Shown one piece after another: positions 1 through 9,373 of a stretch of DNA of 64,000 nucleotides (position 1 is its first letter; each line of letters starts with the position of its first letter). The position numbers and the translations under genes are program-made. The notes below the pieces were generated by a model. That model saw only the letters and a program-made list of their open reading frames with translations, did not search any database and was not told where the DNA came from. Origin of the DNA: an uncultured Flavobacteriaceae bacterium (GTDB taxonomy: Bacteria; Bacteroidota; Bacteroidia; Flavobacteriales; Flavobacteriaceae). The DNA lies in assembly GCA_938029725.1 (NCBI GenBank), contig CALHGE010000027.1, forward strand, positions 8,592 through 72,591, in the 5' to 3' direction.

Positions 1-27
1 CGCAACCTATGAGGACCGACTTTTTAA

Positions 28-35
28 TATCTTTG
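28..35 (+). promoter_or_regulatory. Bacteroidota-type -7 promoter box (TAnnTTTG) upstream of gltX
   Basis: TATCTTTG at 28-35 lies 20 nt upstream of the gltX ATG and matches the TAnnTTTG -7 consensus known for Bacteroides/Flavobacterium sigma-A promoters. The -33 element cannot be assessed because of the window edge. Confidence 0.4.
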
Positions 36-54
36 CAGCTTAAAATTCAAAGCT

Positions 55-1587
55 ATGAATAAGAAAGTCCGTGTTCGTTTTGCGCCTAGTCCAACAGGTG
101 CTTTACATATTGGAGGAGTGCGTACAGCGCTATTCAATTACCTATTTGCTAAGAAACACGGGGGTGACTTTATCCTAAGAATTGAAGACACTGATCAAAA
201 CCGCTACGTTGCCGGTGCTGAACAATATATCATAGATGCCTTAAATTGGTGCGGTATTCCATTTGATGAAGGCCCTTCAAGTTCGCTAGACAACAACACG
301 GTAAAAGAAGGTGATTTTGGCCCATATCGCCAGAGCGAGCGAAAAGACCTCTACAAACAATATGCTGATGTACTTATTGCATCAGGGAACGCCTATTACG
401 CCTTTGATACCTCAGAAAATCTAGACTTTCAAAGAAAGGATCACGAAGCAAATGGAAAGACCTTTATATACAATTGGCACAATCGATTAAAACTTTCGAA
501 TTCATTATCCCTATCTGAAGCCGAAGTTCAAGCCAAACTAGCTTTAGGCGAGCAATACGTAATTCGTTTCAAATCTCCCCAAGATGAAAAATTGATATTA
601 CACGATATCATACGCGGAGAAATTCATATTGACACCAATATTCTAGATGATAAAGTGCTATTTAAAAGCGACGGCATGCCCACCTATCACTTGGCGAATA
701 TCGTTGATGACCATTTAATGGAAATCAGCCATGTTATTCGTGGCGAAGAATGGCTACCCTCTCTAGCCCTACACAAACAACTATATGACGCCCTGGGGTG
801 GACGGCTCCAGAGTTTGCACACCTTCCTTTAATTATGAAGCCGGTAGGCAAGGGAAAATTAAGTAAGCGCGACGGAGAGAAATTGGGTTTTCCGGTATTT
901 CCCTTATCTTGGAATGGATCGAAAGGCTACCGTGAAGAGGGTTACTTTAAGGAAGCCGTTATCAACTTTTTAGCGATGCTTGGATGGAACCCTGGAACCG
1001 AACAAGAAATTTTCAGCCTTTCTGAATTAGTAGCAGCGTTTAGCTTAGAACGCGTGAATAAATCAGGAGCACGATTTGACGCAGATAAGACCAAATGGTA
1101 TAACCAACAATATCTCCAGGAGAAAGGCGATGCAGAATTGGCAAGCCTATATTTACCGATAGTTCAAGAAAAAGTTCTCGATTGCCCTCTAACTGATCAT
1201 CCTACAATTGAAAAGATCGTCTCGCTGATTAAAGAACGTGCTGTTTTCGTTTCTGATTTCTGGGAACTTTCTGATTACTTCTTTATTGCTCCTACCTCGT
1301 ATAATGAAAAAGCTTCCAAAAAACAATGGAAAGAAGGCACTTCTCACATATTGAACCAATTGGTATCACTATTAGGGGATATTTCTGATTTCTCTTCGGA
1401 AAACGTCGAAACCACAGTAAAAAAATGGATTAACGATGAAGAGCTATCCTTTGGAAAAGTAATGCCTCCACTCCGGTTAGTGATTGTCGGAGACCTGAAG
1501 GGACCGCACATTTTTGATATTCTCGAGGTGATTGGTAAGGAGGAAAGCATTGCGCGAATTACGAAAGCTACTACTAGCCTGAAATAG
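55..1587 (+). CDS. gltX: glutamate--tRNA ligase (class I GluRS)
   Basis: 510-aa ORF. N-terminal RFAPSPTGALHIGG (HIGH motif), KLSKR (KMSKS-type motif), and GluRS-like length and layout. Confidence 0.95.
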   Translation: MNKKVRVRFAPSPTGALHIGGVRTALFNYLFAKKHGGDFILRIEDTDQNRYVAGAEQYIIDALNWCGIPFDEGPSSSLDNNTVKEGDFGPYRQSERKDLYKQYADVLIASGNAYYAFDTSENLDFQRKDHEANGKTFIYNWHNRLKLSNSLSLSEAEVQAKLALGEQYVIRFKSPQDEKLILHDIIRGEIHIDTNILDDKVLFKSDGMPTYHLANIVDDHLMEISHVIRGEEWLPSLALHKQLYDALGWTAPEFAHLPLIMKPVGKGKLSKRDGEKLGFPVFPLSWNGSKGYREEGYFKEAVINFLAMLGWNPGTEQEIFSLSELVAAFSLERVNKSGARFDADKTKWYNQQYLQEKGDAELASLYLPIVQEKVLDCPLTDHPTIEKIVSLIKERAVFVSDFWELSDYFFIAPTSYNEKASKKQWKEGTSHILNQLVSLLGDISDFSSENVETTVKKWINDEELSFGKVMPPLRLVIVGDLKGPHIFDILEVIGKEESIARITKATTSLK

Positions 1588-1609
1588 AATTTTTCATTAA
1601 AGCACTGCA

Positions 1610-1651
1610 GAATAGAACAATTGGTTGGAGCCCCAATTGTTCTATTCTTTT
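1610..1651 (+). terminator. Rho-independent terminator after gltX
   Basis: Perfect 15-bp stem GAATAGAACAATTGG (1610-1624) / CCAATTGTTCTATTC (1633-1647) with an 8-nt loop, followed by TTTT. Confidence 0.8.
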
Positions 1652-1760
1652 AATAAAAAATGCTTCTATCTGACCTCATTGTAACATTTCTGCAGAAAAC
1701 CCGACCTATATACCAAGCTATTTACGTAAATTCAAATATCAACCCTAAAAACAAAACACT

Positions 1761-2687
1761 ATGAATTTTCTCCTCATACCAATTATTTTACTTGGATTAA
1801 TAATATTGATTTCTTCCTTCTTTACCGTTAAACAACAAACCGCAGCAATTGTGGAGCGTTTTGGTAAATTTCACAGTATTCGCCAGTCTGGTCTTCATAT
1901 AAAGATTCCATTAGTAGATCGTATTTCAGGTAGATTGAGTTTAAAGATTCAACAATTAGATGTAATTGTTGAAACCAAAACCAAAGATGATGTATTTGTG
2001 CGTTTAAAAATATCAGTACAATACAAAGTAATTAAAGAAAAAGTATACGATGCATTTTACAAGCTAGATTATCCTCATGACCAAATAACTTCATATGTAT
2101 TTGATGTCGTTCGGGCTGAAGTGCCAAAAATGATACTTGATGATGTCTTCCTTAGAAAAGATGATATTGCTATTGCTGTTAAACGCGAGCTCAACCAAGC
2201 TATGATGGATTATGGTTATGATATCATCAAAACCCTAGTTACTGATATTGACCCTGATGGTCAAGTAAAAGAAGCTATGAATCGTATCAACGCTTCAGAA
2301 CGAGAAAAAATAGCAGCTCAATTTGAAGGTGATGCAGCTCGTATTCTTATCGTGGAAAAAGCGAAAGCAGAGGCAGAAAGCAAAAGGCTACAAGGTCAAG
2401 GTATTGCAGATCAACGAAGAGAAATCGCTAGAGGTTTGGAAGAGTCTGTAGAAGTATTAAATAAAGTAGGAATTAATTCACAGGAGGCTTCTGCCTTAAT
2501 TGTGGTTACTCAACATTATGACACGTTACAATCTATTGGTCAGCAAACCAACAGTAACTTAATATTATTACCCAACTCGCCTCAGGCGGGTAGTACCATG
2601 TTGAATGATATGGTGGCTAGTTTTACAGCAAGTAATCAAATTGGCGAGGCCATGAAGAATACGAAGCCTAAGAAATTAGACAAATAA
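1761..2687 (+). CDS. SPFH/band-7 (stomatin/prohibitin-like) membrane protein
   Basis: 308-aa ORF. N-terminal TM helix, then FTVKQQTAAIVERFGKF...GLHIKIPLVDRI, typical of SPFH-domain proteins, and a coiled-coil A/E/K-rich C-terminal part. Confidence 0.85.
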   Translation: MNFLLIPIILLGLIILISSFFTVKQQTAAIVERFGKFHSIRQSGLHIKIPLVDRISGRLSLKIQQLDVIVETKTKDDVFVRLKISVQYKVIKEKVYDAFYKLDYPHDQITSYVFDVVRAEVPKMILDDVFLRKDDIAIAVKRELNQAMMDYGYDIIKTLVTDIDPDGQVKEAMNRINASEREKIAAQFEGDAARILIVEKAKAEAESKRLQGQGIADQRREIARGLEESVEVLNKVGINSQEASALIVVTQHYDTLQSIGQQTNSNLILLPNSPQAGSTMLNDMVASFTASNQIGEAMKNTKPKKLDK

Positions 2688-2703
2688 AATTTACTACTTT
2701 AAA

Positions 2704-2739
2704 AATCTCGCTTTCATACTTTGATGCGAGATTTTTTTT
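2704..2739 (+). terminator. Rho-independent terminator after the SPFH gene
   Basis: Stem ATCTCGC / GCGAGAT with a 14-nt loop, followed by a run of 8 T (2732-2739). Confidence 0.7.
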
Positions 2740-2764
2740 GCTCAATTATTAGCTTATAAGAAAT

Positions 2765-2799
2765 AGCCCTCTCAAATGTACTCTTGAGAGGGCTGTTTT
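2765..2799. terminator. Second hairpin in the convergent SPFH/glnS intergenic region
   Basis: Perfect 11-bp stem AGCCCTCTCAA (2765-2775) / TTGAGAGGGCT (2784-2794) followed by GTTTTAATTTT. It could serve either convergent gene. Confidence 0.55.
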
Positions 2800-2946
2800 A
2801 ATTTTAAACGCTTCTAACGACATTTCAATCGAAAGGAGCTGTATTCGTATTCAGCGAAACTAAAAAAAGCTTAAAAGACCTTATATCATGCGGTTTTTAA
2901 TAGAAAATACCAATTGATATAATAATAGGTATAGAATAAATTGATA

Positions 2947-4632
2947 TCACGATTTTTGCTCGATTTTAGCCCAAGAATCTCGTAAACCAACCGTTCGGTT
3001 GAAAACCAGTTTTTCAGAACTGGTATCTGGATCTACACAAAAGTAGCCCAGTCGCTGAAATTGAACTTGATCACCTACTTTAGCATTTATAAGACTTGGC
3101 TCCAAATATCCAGTAATTACATTCAATGAATTTGGATTCACAAATTCCATAAAATCTTTGTCTTTATGTGTATCCGGACTTTCATCTGTAAAGAGGCGGT
3201 CGTAAATTCTCACCTCAGCCTTCAAAGCATGGCTAATAGAAACCCAATGCAAAGTACCTTTTACTTTGCGCAGACTTTCTTCGCTTCCGCTTCCACTTCT
3301 ACTTTTTGGATCGTAAGAACATTGTACTTCGATAATGTTTCCGTCAGCATCCTTGGTGCAACTTTCTGCCTTAATTATATACGCATTCTTTAATCGAACT
3401 TCTTTACCTAATTTCAATCGAAAAAACTTCTTGTTAGCTTCTTCTCTAAAGTCCTCCTTTTCGATATAGATCTCTTTTGAAAACGGAACCTTTCTTGAAC
3501 CAGCAGTTTCATCTTCAGGATTGTTCTCAGCATCTAGCCATTCCTCTTCCCCTTCAGGGTAGTTTGTTATTACAACCTTCAATGGATCTAACACCCCCAT
3601 AACTCTAGGCGCAATTTTATTCAAATGATCACGAACTTGAAATTCCAAAAGAGAAACATCAATTAGGTTATCACGTTTTCCAATACCAATAGTATCAGCA
3701 AAGTTTCTAATCGATTCTGGAGAATACCCCCTTCTTCTTAACCCGGAAATAGTAGACATTCGAGGATCATCCCATCCATCAACTACACCATCTTCTACTA
3801 ATCTGGCTAACTTGCGTTTACTTACAACCGTATGACTTAAATTTCTTCTAGCAAACTCTCGTTGTTTCGGGCGCACTTTGCTTTCGTCTACAACTTGATT
3901 CAAAAACCAATCGTATAGCTCCCTATGCATTGCAAACTCCAGGGTACATAACGAATGTGAAACCTGTTCAATATAATCACTTTCACCGTGCGTCCAATCA
4001 TACATTGGATAAATACACCAATCGGTATTAGTTCGATGATGCGCCTTATGCAGCACACGATACATAATAGGATCTCTCATCAACATGTTTGATGAAGTCA
4101 TGTCTATTTTTGCTCTTAACGCATGTTTACCCTCCTCAAACTTACCAGCTTTCATCGCTGCGAATAATTCGAGATTCTCTTCGACAGATCGATTTCTAAA
4201 TGGACTTTCGCTTCCCGCTTCAGTCGGAGAACCCTTTTGAATCGCCATTTCATCAGAAGATTGACTGTCGACATAAGCCTTTCCTTCTTTAATCAAAGCC
4301 ACTGCCCAATCATACAATTGTTGGAAATAATCAGAAGCATACCGTTCGGTATTCCATTTGTATCCTAACCACTCAACGTCTCTCTTAATAGCATCTACGA
4401 ACTCCTGCTCCTCCTTAGCCGGATTAGTATCATCAAACCTCAAGTTGACCGGGGCATTATACCGCAAGCCCAGCCCGAAATTTAAACAGATAGAACTAGC
4501 GTGTCCAATATGCAAATACCCGTTCGGCTCAGGGGGAAAACGAAAGCGCAAAGCATCCTTAGGAAACCCATTCTCAAGGTCTTCTTCGATAATATGTTCT
4601 AGAAAATTTAAAGGTCTATTCGTATCGCTCAT
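2947..4632 (-). CDS. glnS: glutamine--tRNA ligase (GlnRS)
   Basis: The ORF is open to 4665, but the start is most plausibly the Met at 4632 (MSDTNRPLNFLEHIIEEDL). It carries FPPEPNGYLHIGH (HIGH), VVSKRKL (KMSKS-like) and a GlnRS-type C-terminal beta-barrel region. The upstream 11 codons look like read-through. Confidence 0.93.
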   Translation of the reverse strand: MSDTNRPLNFLEHIIEEDLENGFPKDALRFRFPPEPNGYLHIGHASSICLNFGLGLRYNAPVNLRFDDTNPAKEEQEFVDAIKRDVEWLGYKWNTERYASDYFQQLYDWAVALIKEGKAYVDSQSSDEMAIQKGSPTEAGSESPFRNRSVEENLELFAAMKAGKFEEGKHALRAKIDMTSSNMLMRDPIMYRVLHKAHHRTNTDWCIYPMYDWTHGESDYIEQVSHSLCTLEFAMHRELYDWFLNQVVDESKVRPKQREFARRNLSHTVVSKRKLARLVEDGVVDGWDDPRMSTISGLRRRGYSPESIRNFADTIGIGKRDNLIDVSLLEFQVRDHLNKIAPRVMGVLDPLKVVITNYPEGEEEWLDAENNPEDETAGSRKVPFSKEIYIEKEDFREEANKKFFRLKLGKEVRLKNAYIIKAESCTKDADGNIIEVQCSYDPKSRSGSGSEESLRKVKGTLHWVSISHALKAEVRIYDRLFTDESPDTHKDKDFMEFVNPNSLNVITGYLEPSLINAKVGDQVQFQRLGYFCVDPDTSSEKLVFNRTVGLRDSWAKIEQKS

Positions 4633-4719
4633 AAACTGCTTTTTAAAGAATGACAAAAGTAGCAAAAATGCAATGATAACAGACTACTAAAAAGCCTAAG
4701 CATACAAATACTGGTGTTT

Positions 4720-4786
4720 CACAACAATATTCATTCTCGCTACAACAATAAATTTATTTCCCACTAAAGAATAGACATATTTGTTA
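4720..4786 (+). promoter_or_regulatory. Conserved upstream module of T9SS cargo gene 1 (two ACAACA repeats plus ATATTTGTTA)
   Basis: cACAACA at 4720-4726, ACAACA at 4742-4747 (21 nt apart) and ATATTTGTTA at 4777-4786. The same three blocks occur with identical spacing at 10767-10833. The ATATTTG block resembles the TAnnTTTG -7 box. Confidence 0.4.
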
Positions 4787-4918
4787 GTAAATACTGTATA
4801 ACTGAAGTTTAAGAACATTTCAACCCTTGTTCAAGCCCAATAAAACGAAGAATTATACGTTTTATAAAAAGTCCCAAATCTGAAGCTAAAACCTGTAGCC
4901 CCAAAACTACTACTACTT

Positions 4919-7159
4919 ATGAAAACTAACTTAAGATTTTCTCGTCCATTGCTACTGACGTTTTTTGCGTTGGTAACTTTTCAAATTTCAGCTCAAATTG
5001 CAATGTTACCGCCAGAACCGGCAGGGGGTACTAGTGGTTTTACCAAAATATGTGCTGGCATTGACAGCGGCTCAGGGCCTTTCAATTCATACGATGTTAC
5101 CATCGCCTGGGGAGGTACTGCCAACCCTGACAACGAATTCATTTTAGAACTCTCAAATGCCAGTGGAGATTTTACCAATGCTGTTGAGCTCGGTAGGGTT
5201 GGAGACCAAAATAGTGCAAATCCAAAAGAGTTCGATATCAACTTTGCCATACCTACAGATACTCAAGGAGAAGCATACAAGTTTAGAGCAAGAAGTACAA
5301 GCCCTGTTAACTCTTCCGAATCTGACAATTCATACCCAATGTATTTTATGAATGTCACAACAAACCTCAATATAAGTGAACTTGGCGACGGTAATCCTCC
5401 GGGCGGTCTATGTGGTGACCCTACTGTTGACCTTATGGTCGATAATATCGCGAATCCAGAAACCTACCAATACCAATGGTACCGAAGCGGAACCTTACTA
5501 ACTGGCGAAACCAATTATAACATCACCATAACTCAAAGCGGTATGTATCAAGCTTTGATAGCTTATGGCGATTGCTCGTTTAATGCCAATACCGATTCCA
5601 ATATTGTAACTGTAACCATCGGCTCTACCGGTGCGGGAGTTGGCATTACTACTCCATCTAAAACCGCATTGTGTTCAGGAGATACTGAAAATTTAATAAT
5701 TGATACCACCGATGCTTCATGGAGCTATCAATGGTACAAAGACAACACCGCTATTGCAGGGGCAACTTCTACATCATATACTGTAGATGCAAGTGTTGCT
5801 GGTTTCGAAGGTGAGTATCAAGTAGAAATAGCTGCCCCAGGAATTTGCTCCGAAAGATCTGCGCCCGTTACCATAACGAATGGTGGGCAATTTACTGTTA
5901 CTAGAAATAATTCGGCAGATGTGGTTGTACTACCATCACAACCTGAGACTTTAAGTGTAAGCACTACAGCAACATCTCCAAGCTATCAATGGTTCAGAAA
6001 TGGAACCTTATTAGTTAGTGAGACCAACAGCAGTTTAGATATCACTCAAGACGGCACCTACTATGCTGCTGTAACTTCATCTGGAACCTGTACATCAACT
6101 ATCAATTCTGAAAATACGCTCGCAATTGTTCCTAGTAGTTTCGAGATTAGTATTGACTATGATTCCACATATGTCGCATGTGAAAACACTAGTGTTGTTT
6201 TGGAAGTGGCGTTGATCAATGCTATTGCTTCAGATGGAACAACAACTGATGTAACTGCCCAAGTAGAATCTTCTTTTAACTACCAATGGCAACTTAATGG
6301 CGCAAATGTTAATGGCGCAACAAATCAAAATCTAAGCTTGACCAATACAAGTGAAAACGGAAACTACACTGTAAACGCAACCTTAGGAAGCTACAGTGAA
6401 TCTTCAAACATGCTACCGGTGCAACTATTAACCAGTGAAACTATAGCTGTTACAAGCACCAGTACAGTCTATTGTAGCTCATTAGATACCATAACAATTA
6501 CTACGGCAACCGACCTTACAGGGGAGAGTTTCTTTTGGGAACAAAATGGTACCTCTTTTAACACCACCGACACAAGCCTCGTAATTGCTGAACCTGGCAC
6601 ATACCGTTTGGTAATTGATAAAGATGGATGTCCATTAAAGTCGAACGAGATTATAATTACACCTTTAGATCCGAACCTTATTACACTAGACGTAGATGGA
6701 GAAATTGTTTTTCCGGAAGGAAGCTCTAAAACAGTAACTGCGACTGGAGGAACTGCGTACCAATGGTTCGATGAAGCCAATAACCTATTGAGCAGCACAG
6801 ATCAAATGACCTTCACACAAGAAGGAAACTTTACCCTAATTGCAACTATTGATAATTGTGAAATTACCAGGCCACTTACCGCTATATACTTAGACCTATT
6901 TAATGTTCCGAATGTAATTACTCCGAATGGCGATGGCGCTAATGATCAATGGGTGATTCCGAATTCGTATTCCAATAAATCAGACATTAACATTATTATA
7001 TATAATGATCAAGGAGTTCAATTAGTGAATGAAACCAGTTACGCGAACAATTGGCCACAATCATCAATGTCATTCTCAAAACAAAATATGGTGTTCTATT
7101 ATGTAATTAAGAATGCCACCGAAACAATAAAGCAAGGTACCATTACCGTTATTCGATAA
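4919..7159 (+). CDS. T9SS type-B CTD surface protein with about six Ig-like repeats
   Basis: 746 aa with signal peptide MKTNLRFSRPLLLTFFALVTFQISAQ. Six ~85-95-aa modules share the pattern YQW(Y/F)..G......S...I...G.Y. The C-terminus NVITPNGDGANDQWVI...YYVIK...GTITVIR is the gliding-motility-associated (type-B) C-terminal sorting domain. Confidence 0.85.
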   Translation: MKTNLRFSRPLLLTFFALVTFQISAQIAMLPPEPAGGTSGFTKICAGIDSGSGPFNSYDVTIAWGGTANPDNEFILELSNASGDFTNAVELGRVGDQNSANPKEFDINFAIPTDTQGEAYKFRARSTSPVNSSESDNSYPMYFMNVTTNLNISELGDGNPPGGLCGDPTVDLMVDNIANPETYQYQWYRSGTLLTGETNYNITITQSGMYQALIAYGDCSFNANTDSNIVTVTIGSTGAGVGITTPSKTALCSGDTENLIIDTTDASWSYQWYKDNTAIAGATSTSYTVDASVAGFEGEYQVEIAAPGICSERSAPVTITNGGQFTVTRNNSADVVVLPSQPETLSVSTTATSPSYQWFRNGTLLVSETNSSLDITQDGTYYAAVTSSGTCTSTINSENTLAIVPSSFEISIDYDSTYVACENTSVVLEVALINAIASDGTTTDVTAQVESSFNYQWQLNGANVNGATNQNLSLTNTSENGNYTVNATLGSYSESSNMLPVQLLTSETIAVTSTSTVYCSSLDTITITTATDLTGESFFWEQNGTSFNTTDTSLVIAEPGTYRLVIDKDGCPLKSNEIIITPLDPNLITLDVDGEIVFPEGSSKTVTATGGTAYQWFDEANNLLSSTDQMTFTQEGNFTLIATIDNCEITRPLTAIYLDLFNVPNVITPNGDGANDQWVIPNSYSNKSDINIIIYNDQGVQLVNETSYANNWPQSSMSFSKQNMVFYYVIKNATETIKQGTITVIR
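6896..7156 (+). other. Type-B T9SS C-terminal sorting domain (TIGR04131/CHU_C-like) of ORF 4919-7159
   Basis: LFNVPNVITPNGDGANDQWVIPN...IIIYNDQGVQLV...FYYVIKN...GTITVIR. Confidence 0.8.
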
Positions 7160-7168
7160 CCTACTTCC

Positions 7169-9373
7169 ATGAAATTAAGAAACCTATTCATCCTCCCATT
7201 CCTAGCTTTTGCATCGCTGACCACGATTAGCGCACAAGAAGACGATCCAATATTGCCCTATCAAGTAGCGCCTCAAAACCTTTTGAAGTTCAATCGATTT
7301 TTGATTAACCCTACCTTTTCGACCGTTCGAGAAGACAATTCATATATCAACTTATTACATAGAAACCAATCAGTATCTTTTAAAGATAATGACCAAACCT
7401 ATTTTTTAAGTTATAGCGGTAGAGTAGGAGACAAAAGTGGTTTGGGTTTGAGTGTGTATAGCCAAAAAGTAGGTCCTGTAGCTAATATAGGTGCCTTGGC
7501 TAACTTTGCCTATGGCATCAAATTGAGTGAAAAAAGTAATTTTACCTTCGGCGCTAATCTTGCCTATTACAACACCGGTCTTAACAGGTCTGATGTAGAT
7601 GTTGTAGATCAAAATGATTTTAGAATAAACGGAACTCAAGATAGTAATGTACTTTCTTTTCAGCCTGGTTTCAACCTATCTTACGGCCAAATCGATTTTG
7701 GTGTATTCGCTGAAAACCTTTTTGATTACAATTTGAAAACTAGCCAAACCCTTACTGATTTCAAAGACAAAACGTATTCTGCACACCTACAATATACTCA
7801 TCCGTTTAAAAATGGAAGTGGTATTATGGAGCGTGCTAGACTTATGCCTTTGGCCAGAGTTAGATTGAACCCACAGGGCACTGTCCTTACTGGAGAATCT
7901 CAAGACCTCTCTTTAGGCGGTAGTTTAATTTTAGATCTTCCTAAACTAGGGTGGCTACAAGGCGGCTATGATACTTTCTATGGAGCTTCAGCTGGCGCCG
8001 GATTTAACATCAACCAAAGACTATCACTTGGGTATACTATGGAAAAAGGTATTGGTACCGACTTCAATAACCTTGGTGTAACCCATGAAATTTCTTTGGC
8101 GTATTCTTTCACACCTAATCTTACTGAAGACCGCGTAATGCTAGAAGATGGCGAAGACCTTGTTCAAAACGAAGAACTGAACCCTGAAGATCTTGCCTCT
8201 AATGATAATCTTGAGGAATTGAAAAAACGCCTTGCCGAGAATGAAGACGTTTTGGCAGAATTAATGTTTCGGCAAGATTCTTTAGAAGCAGGCCGTGAAC
8301 AAGATTTAGAGCGTCGATTTGAAATGGTAATGCGTATGGTTCGTAACCAAACCAATGGTGACCGCCCTGATTTAGAAAAAAGAGCCGAACAATTATTTTT
8401 AACAGGCAGAGACAAACCTACTGCCTTGGCGAACAACACTCTGAGCACCAACACTGCTGTTGCTCAAGGCGACATATCAAATGCGCAAAAAAACGTACAA
8501 CCTACTGCTAGCACCACTAGAAGCAAAAGTAGTATGCCCTCTATCGGAACTGATTTAGAAAATACCAATCAGAATTTAGTTTCGAATGAATTGAATACCA
8601 CTAGAACTTCTAATAAAGATAACGAAGCCTCTAGGCCAGTGATTGCCCAAGATAATACCCGTAGTTCTGACTACACCAATACCAGTAATTCAGGTACTAT
8701 CAAAAGCAGGAAATTTAAAAACCTTGATGGCGTAACCGATGGCTATTATGTGGTTGCGAATGTTTATAAAGGGGGTAAATACATGGACAGGTTCATGAAC
8801 AATATGAATAATCAAGGCTTCTCCTCTGACTATATCGAAAACCCAAATAATGGCTTAAAATATGTGTATTTAGAGCGCTATGATACCTGGCAAGAAGCAT
8901 CAGAAGCCTATAAAAGTAATATGGGTGGAAAATATAATGAAGCTTTATGGATCATGAATGTGGACAATCGGTACTCGAATGAGGCATATGCCAGCAATGT
9001 GGACAAGCTTCAACAAAAAACTGCCCAATACAAAACAAACAACATAAAGAAAAATATCGCAGTTAGAGATAGGGTAGCATCCAATAATGCAACCACTAAA
9101 AATTTCAAAATCGATGGTGTCGGCTCAGGCTACTATATTATCGCCAACGTGTTTGCAAAACCGAGCAATGCTAAAAGGTTTGTTAAGTTTTTAAACTCTT
9201 TCGGGCTAAGTGCAAGCTATTTTATAAACCCAGAAAACAACTGGAGATACGTTTATTTAAAACGACATGAATCTTGGAATAATGCTTTGATTTCGTACTA
9301 CTCTAAAATAAATGACTCGTATGACGACAAAATGTGGATCATGCGCGTTAACCCGAATAGCCTAGTCGCATAG
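7169..9373 (+). CDS. PorP/SprF-family T9SS outer-membrane protein fused to a coiled-coil linker and two SPOR-like repeats
   Basis: 734 aa with signal peptide ending ISAQ. The first ~320 aa show the PorP/SprF pattern (FLINPTFS..., GDKSGLGLSVYSQ, terminal ...HEISLAYSF). An acidic coiled-coil and an S/T/N-rich segment follow, then two ~83-aa repeats. The gene starts 9 nt after the stop of the cargo gene. Confidence 0.8.
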   Translation: MKLRNLFILPFLAFASLTTISAQEDDPILPYQVAPQNLLKFNRFLINPTFSTVREDNSYINLLHRNQSVSFKDNDQTYFLSYSGRVGDKSGLGLSVYSQKVGPVANIGALANFAYGIKLSEKSNFTFGANLAYYNTGLNRSDVDVVDQNDFRINGTQDSNVLSFQPGFNLSYGQIDFGVFAENLFDYNLKTSQTLTDFKDKTYSAHLQYTHPFKNGSGIMERARLMPLARVRLNPQGTVLTGESQDLSLGGSLILDLPKLGWLQGGYDTFYGASAGAGFNINQRLSLGYTMEKGIGTDFNNLGVTHEISLAYSFTPNLTEDRVMLEDGEDLVQNEELNPEDLASNDNLEELKKRLAENEDVLAELMFRQDSLEAGREQDLERRFEMVMRMVRNQTNGDRPDLEKRAEQLFLTGRDKPTALANNTLSTNTAVAQGDISNAQKNVQPTASTTRSKSSMPSIGTDLENTNQNLVSNELNTTRTSNKDNEASRPVIAQDNTRSSDYTNTSNSGTIKSRKFKNLDGVTDGYYVVANVYKGGKYMDRFMNNMNNQGFSSDYIENPNNGLKYVYLERYDTWQEASEAYKSNMGGKYNEALWIMNVDNRYSNEAYASNVDKLQQKTAQYKTNNIKKNIAVRDRVASNNATTKNFKIDGVGSGYYIIANVFAKPSNAKRFVKFLNSFGLSASYFINPENNWRYVYLKRHESWNNALISYYSKINDSYDDKMWIMRVNPNSLVA
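8711..9350 (+). other. Two tandem SPOR-like (putative peptidoglycan-binding) repeats at the C-terminus of ORF 7169-9373
   Basis: Repeat 1 (~8711-8963): DGYYVVANVYKGGKYMDRFMNNMNNQGF...KYVYLERYDTWQEASEAYKS...ALWIMNV. Repeat 2 (~9101-9350): SGYYIIANVFAKPSNAKRFVKFLNSFGL...RYVYLKRHESWNNALISYYS...KMWIMRV. The hydrophobic-strand/helix pattern resembles SPOR domains. The assignment is by eye only. Confidence 0.5.

Noticed and set aside
4633-4665. N-terminal extensions in the ORF track: glnS to 4665, rpiB from 31368, GNAT from 32866, DinB from 42433, rnpA to 45021, USP to 52633, lipoprotein from 54866, TolB-like to 60859.
   Set aside because: The extensions add residues that break the conserved family N-termini or signal peptides, or they overlap the neighbouring gene. 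Internal ATG starts give canonical N-termini.
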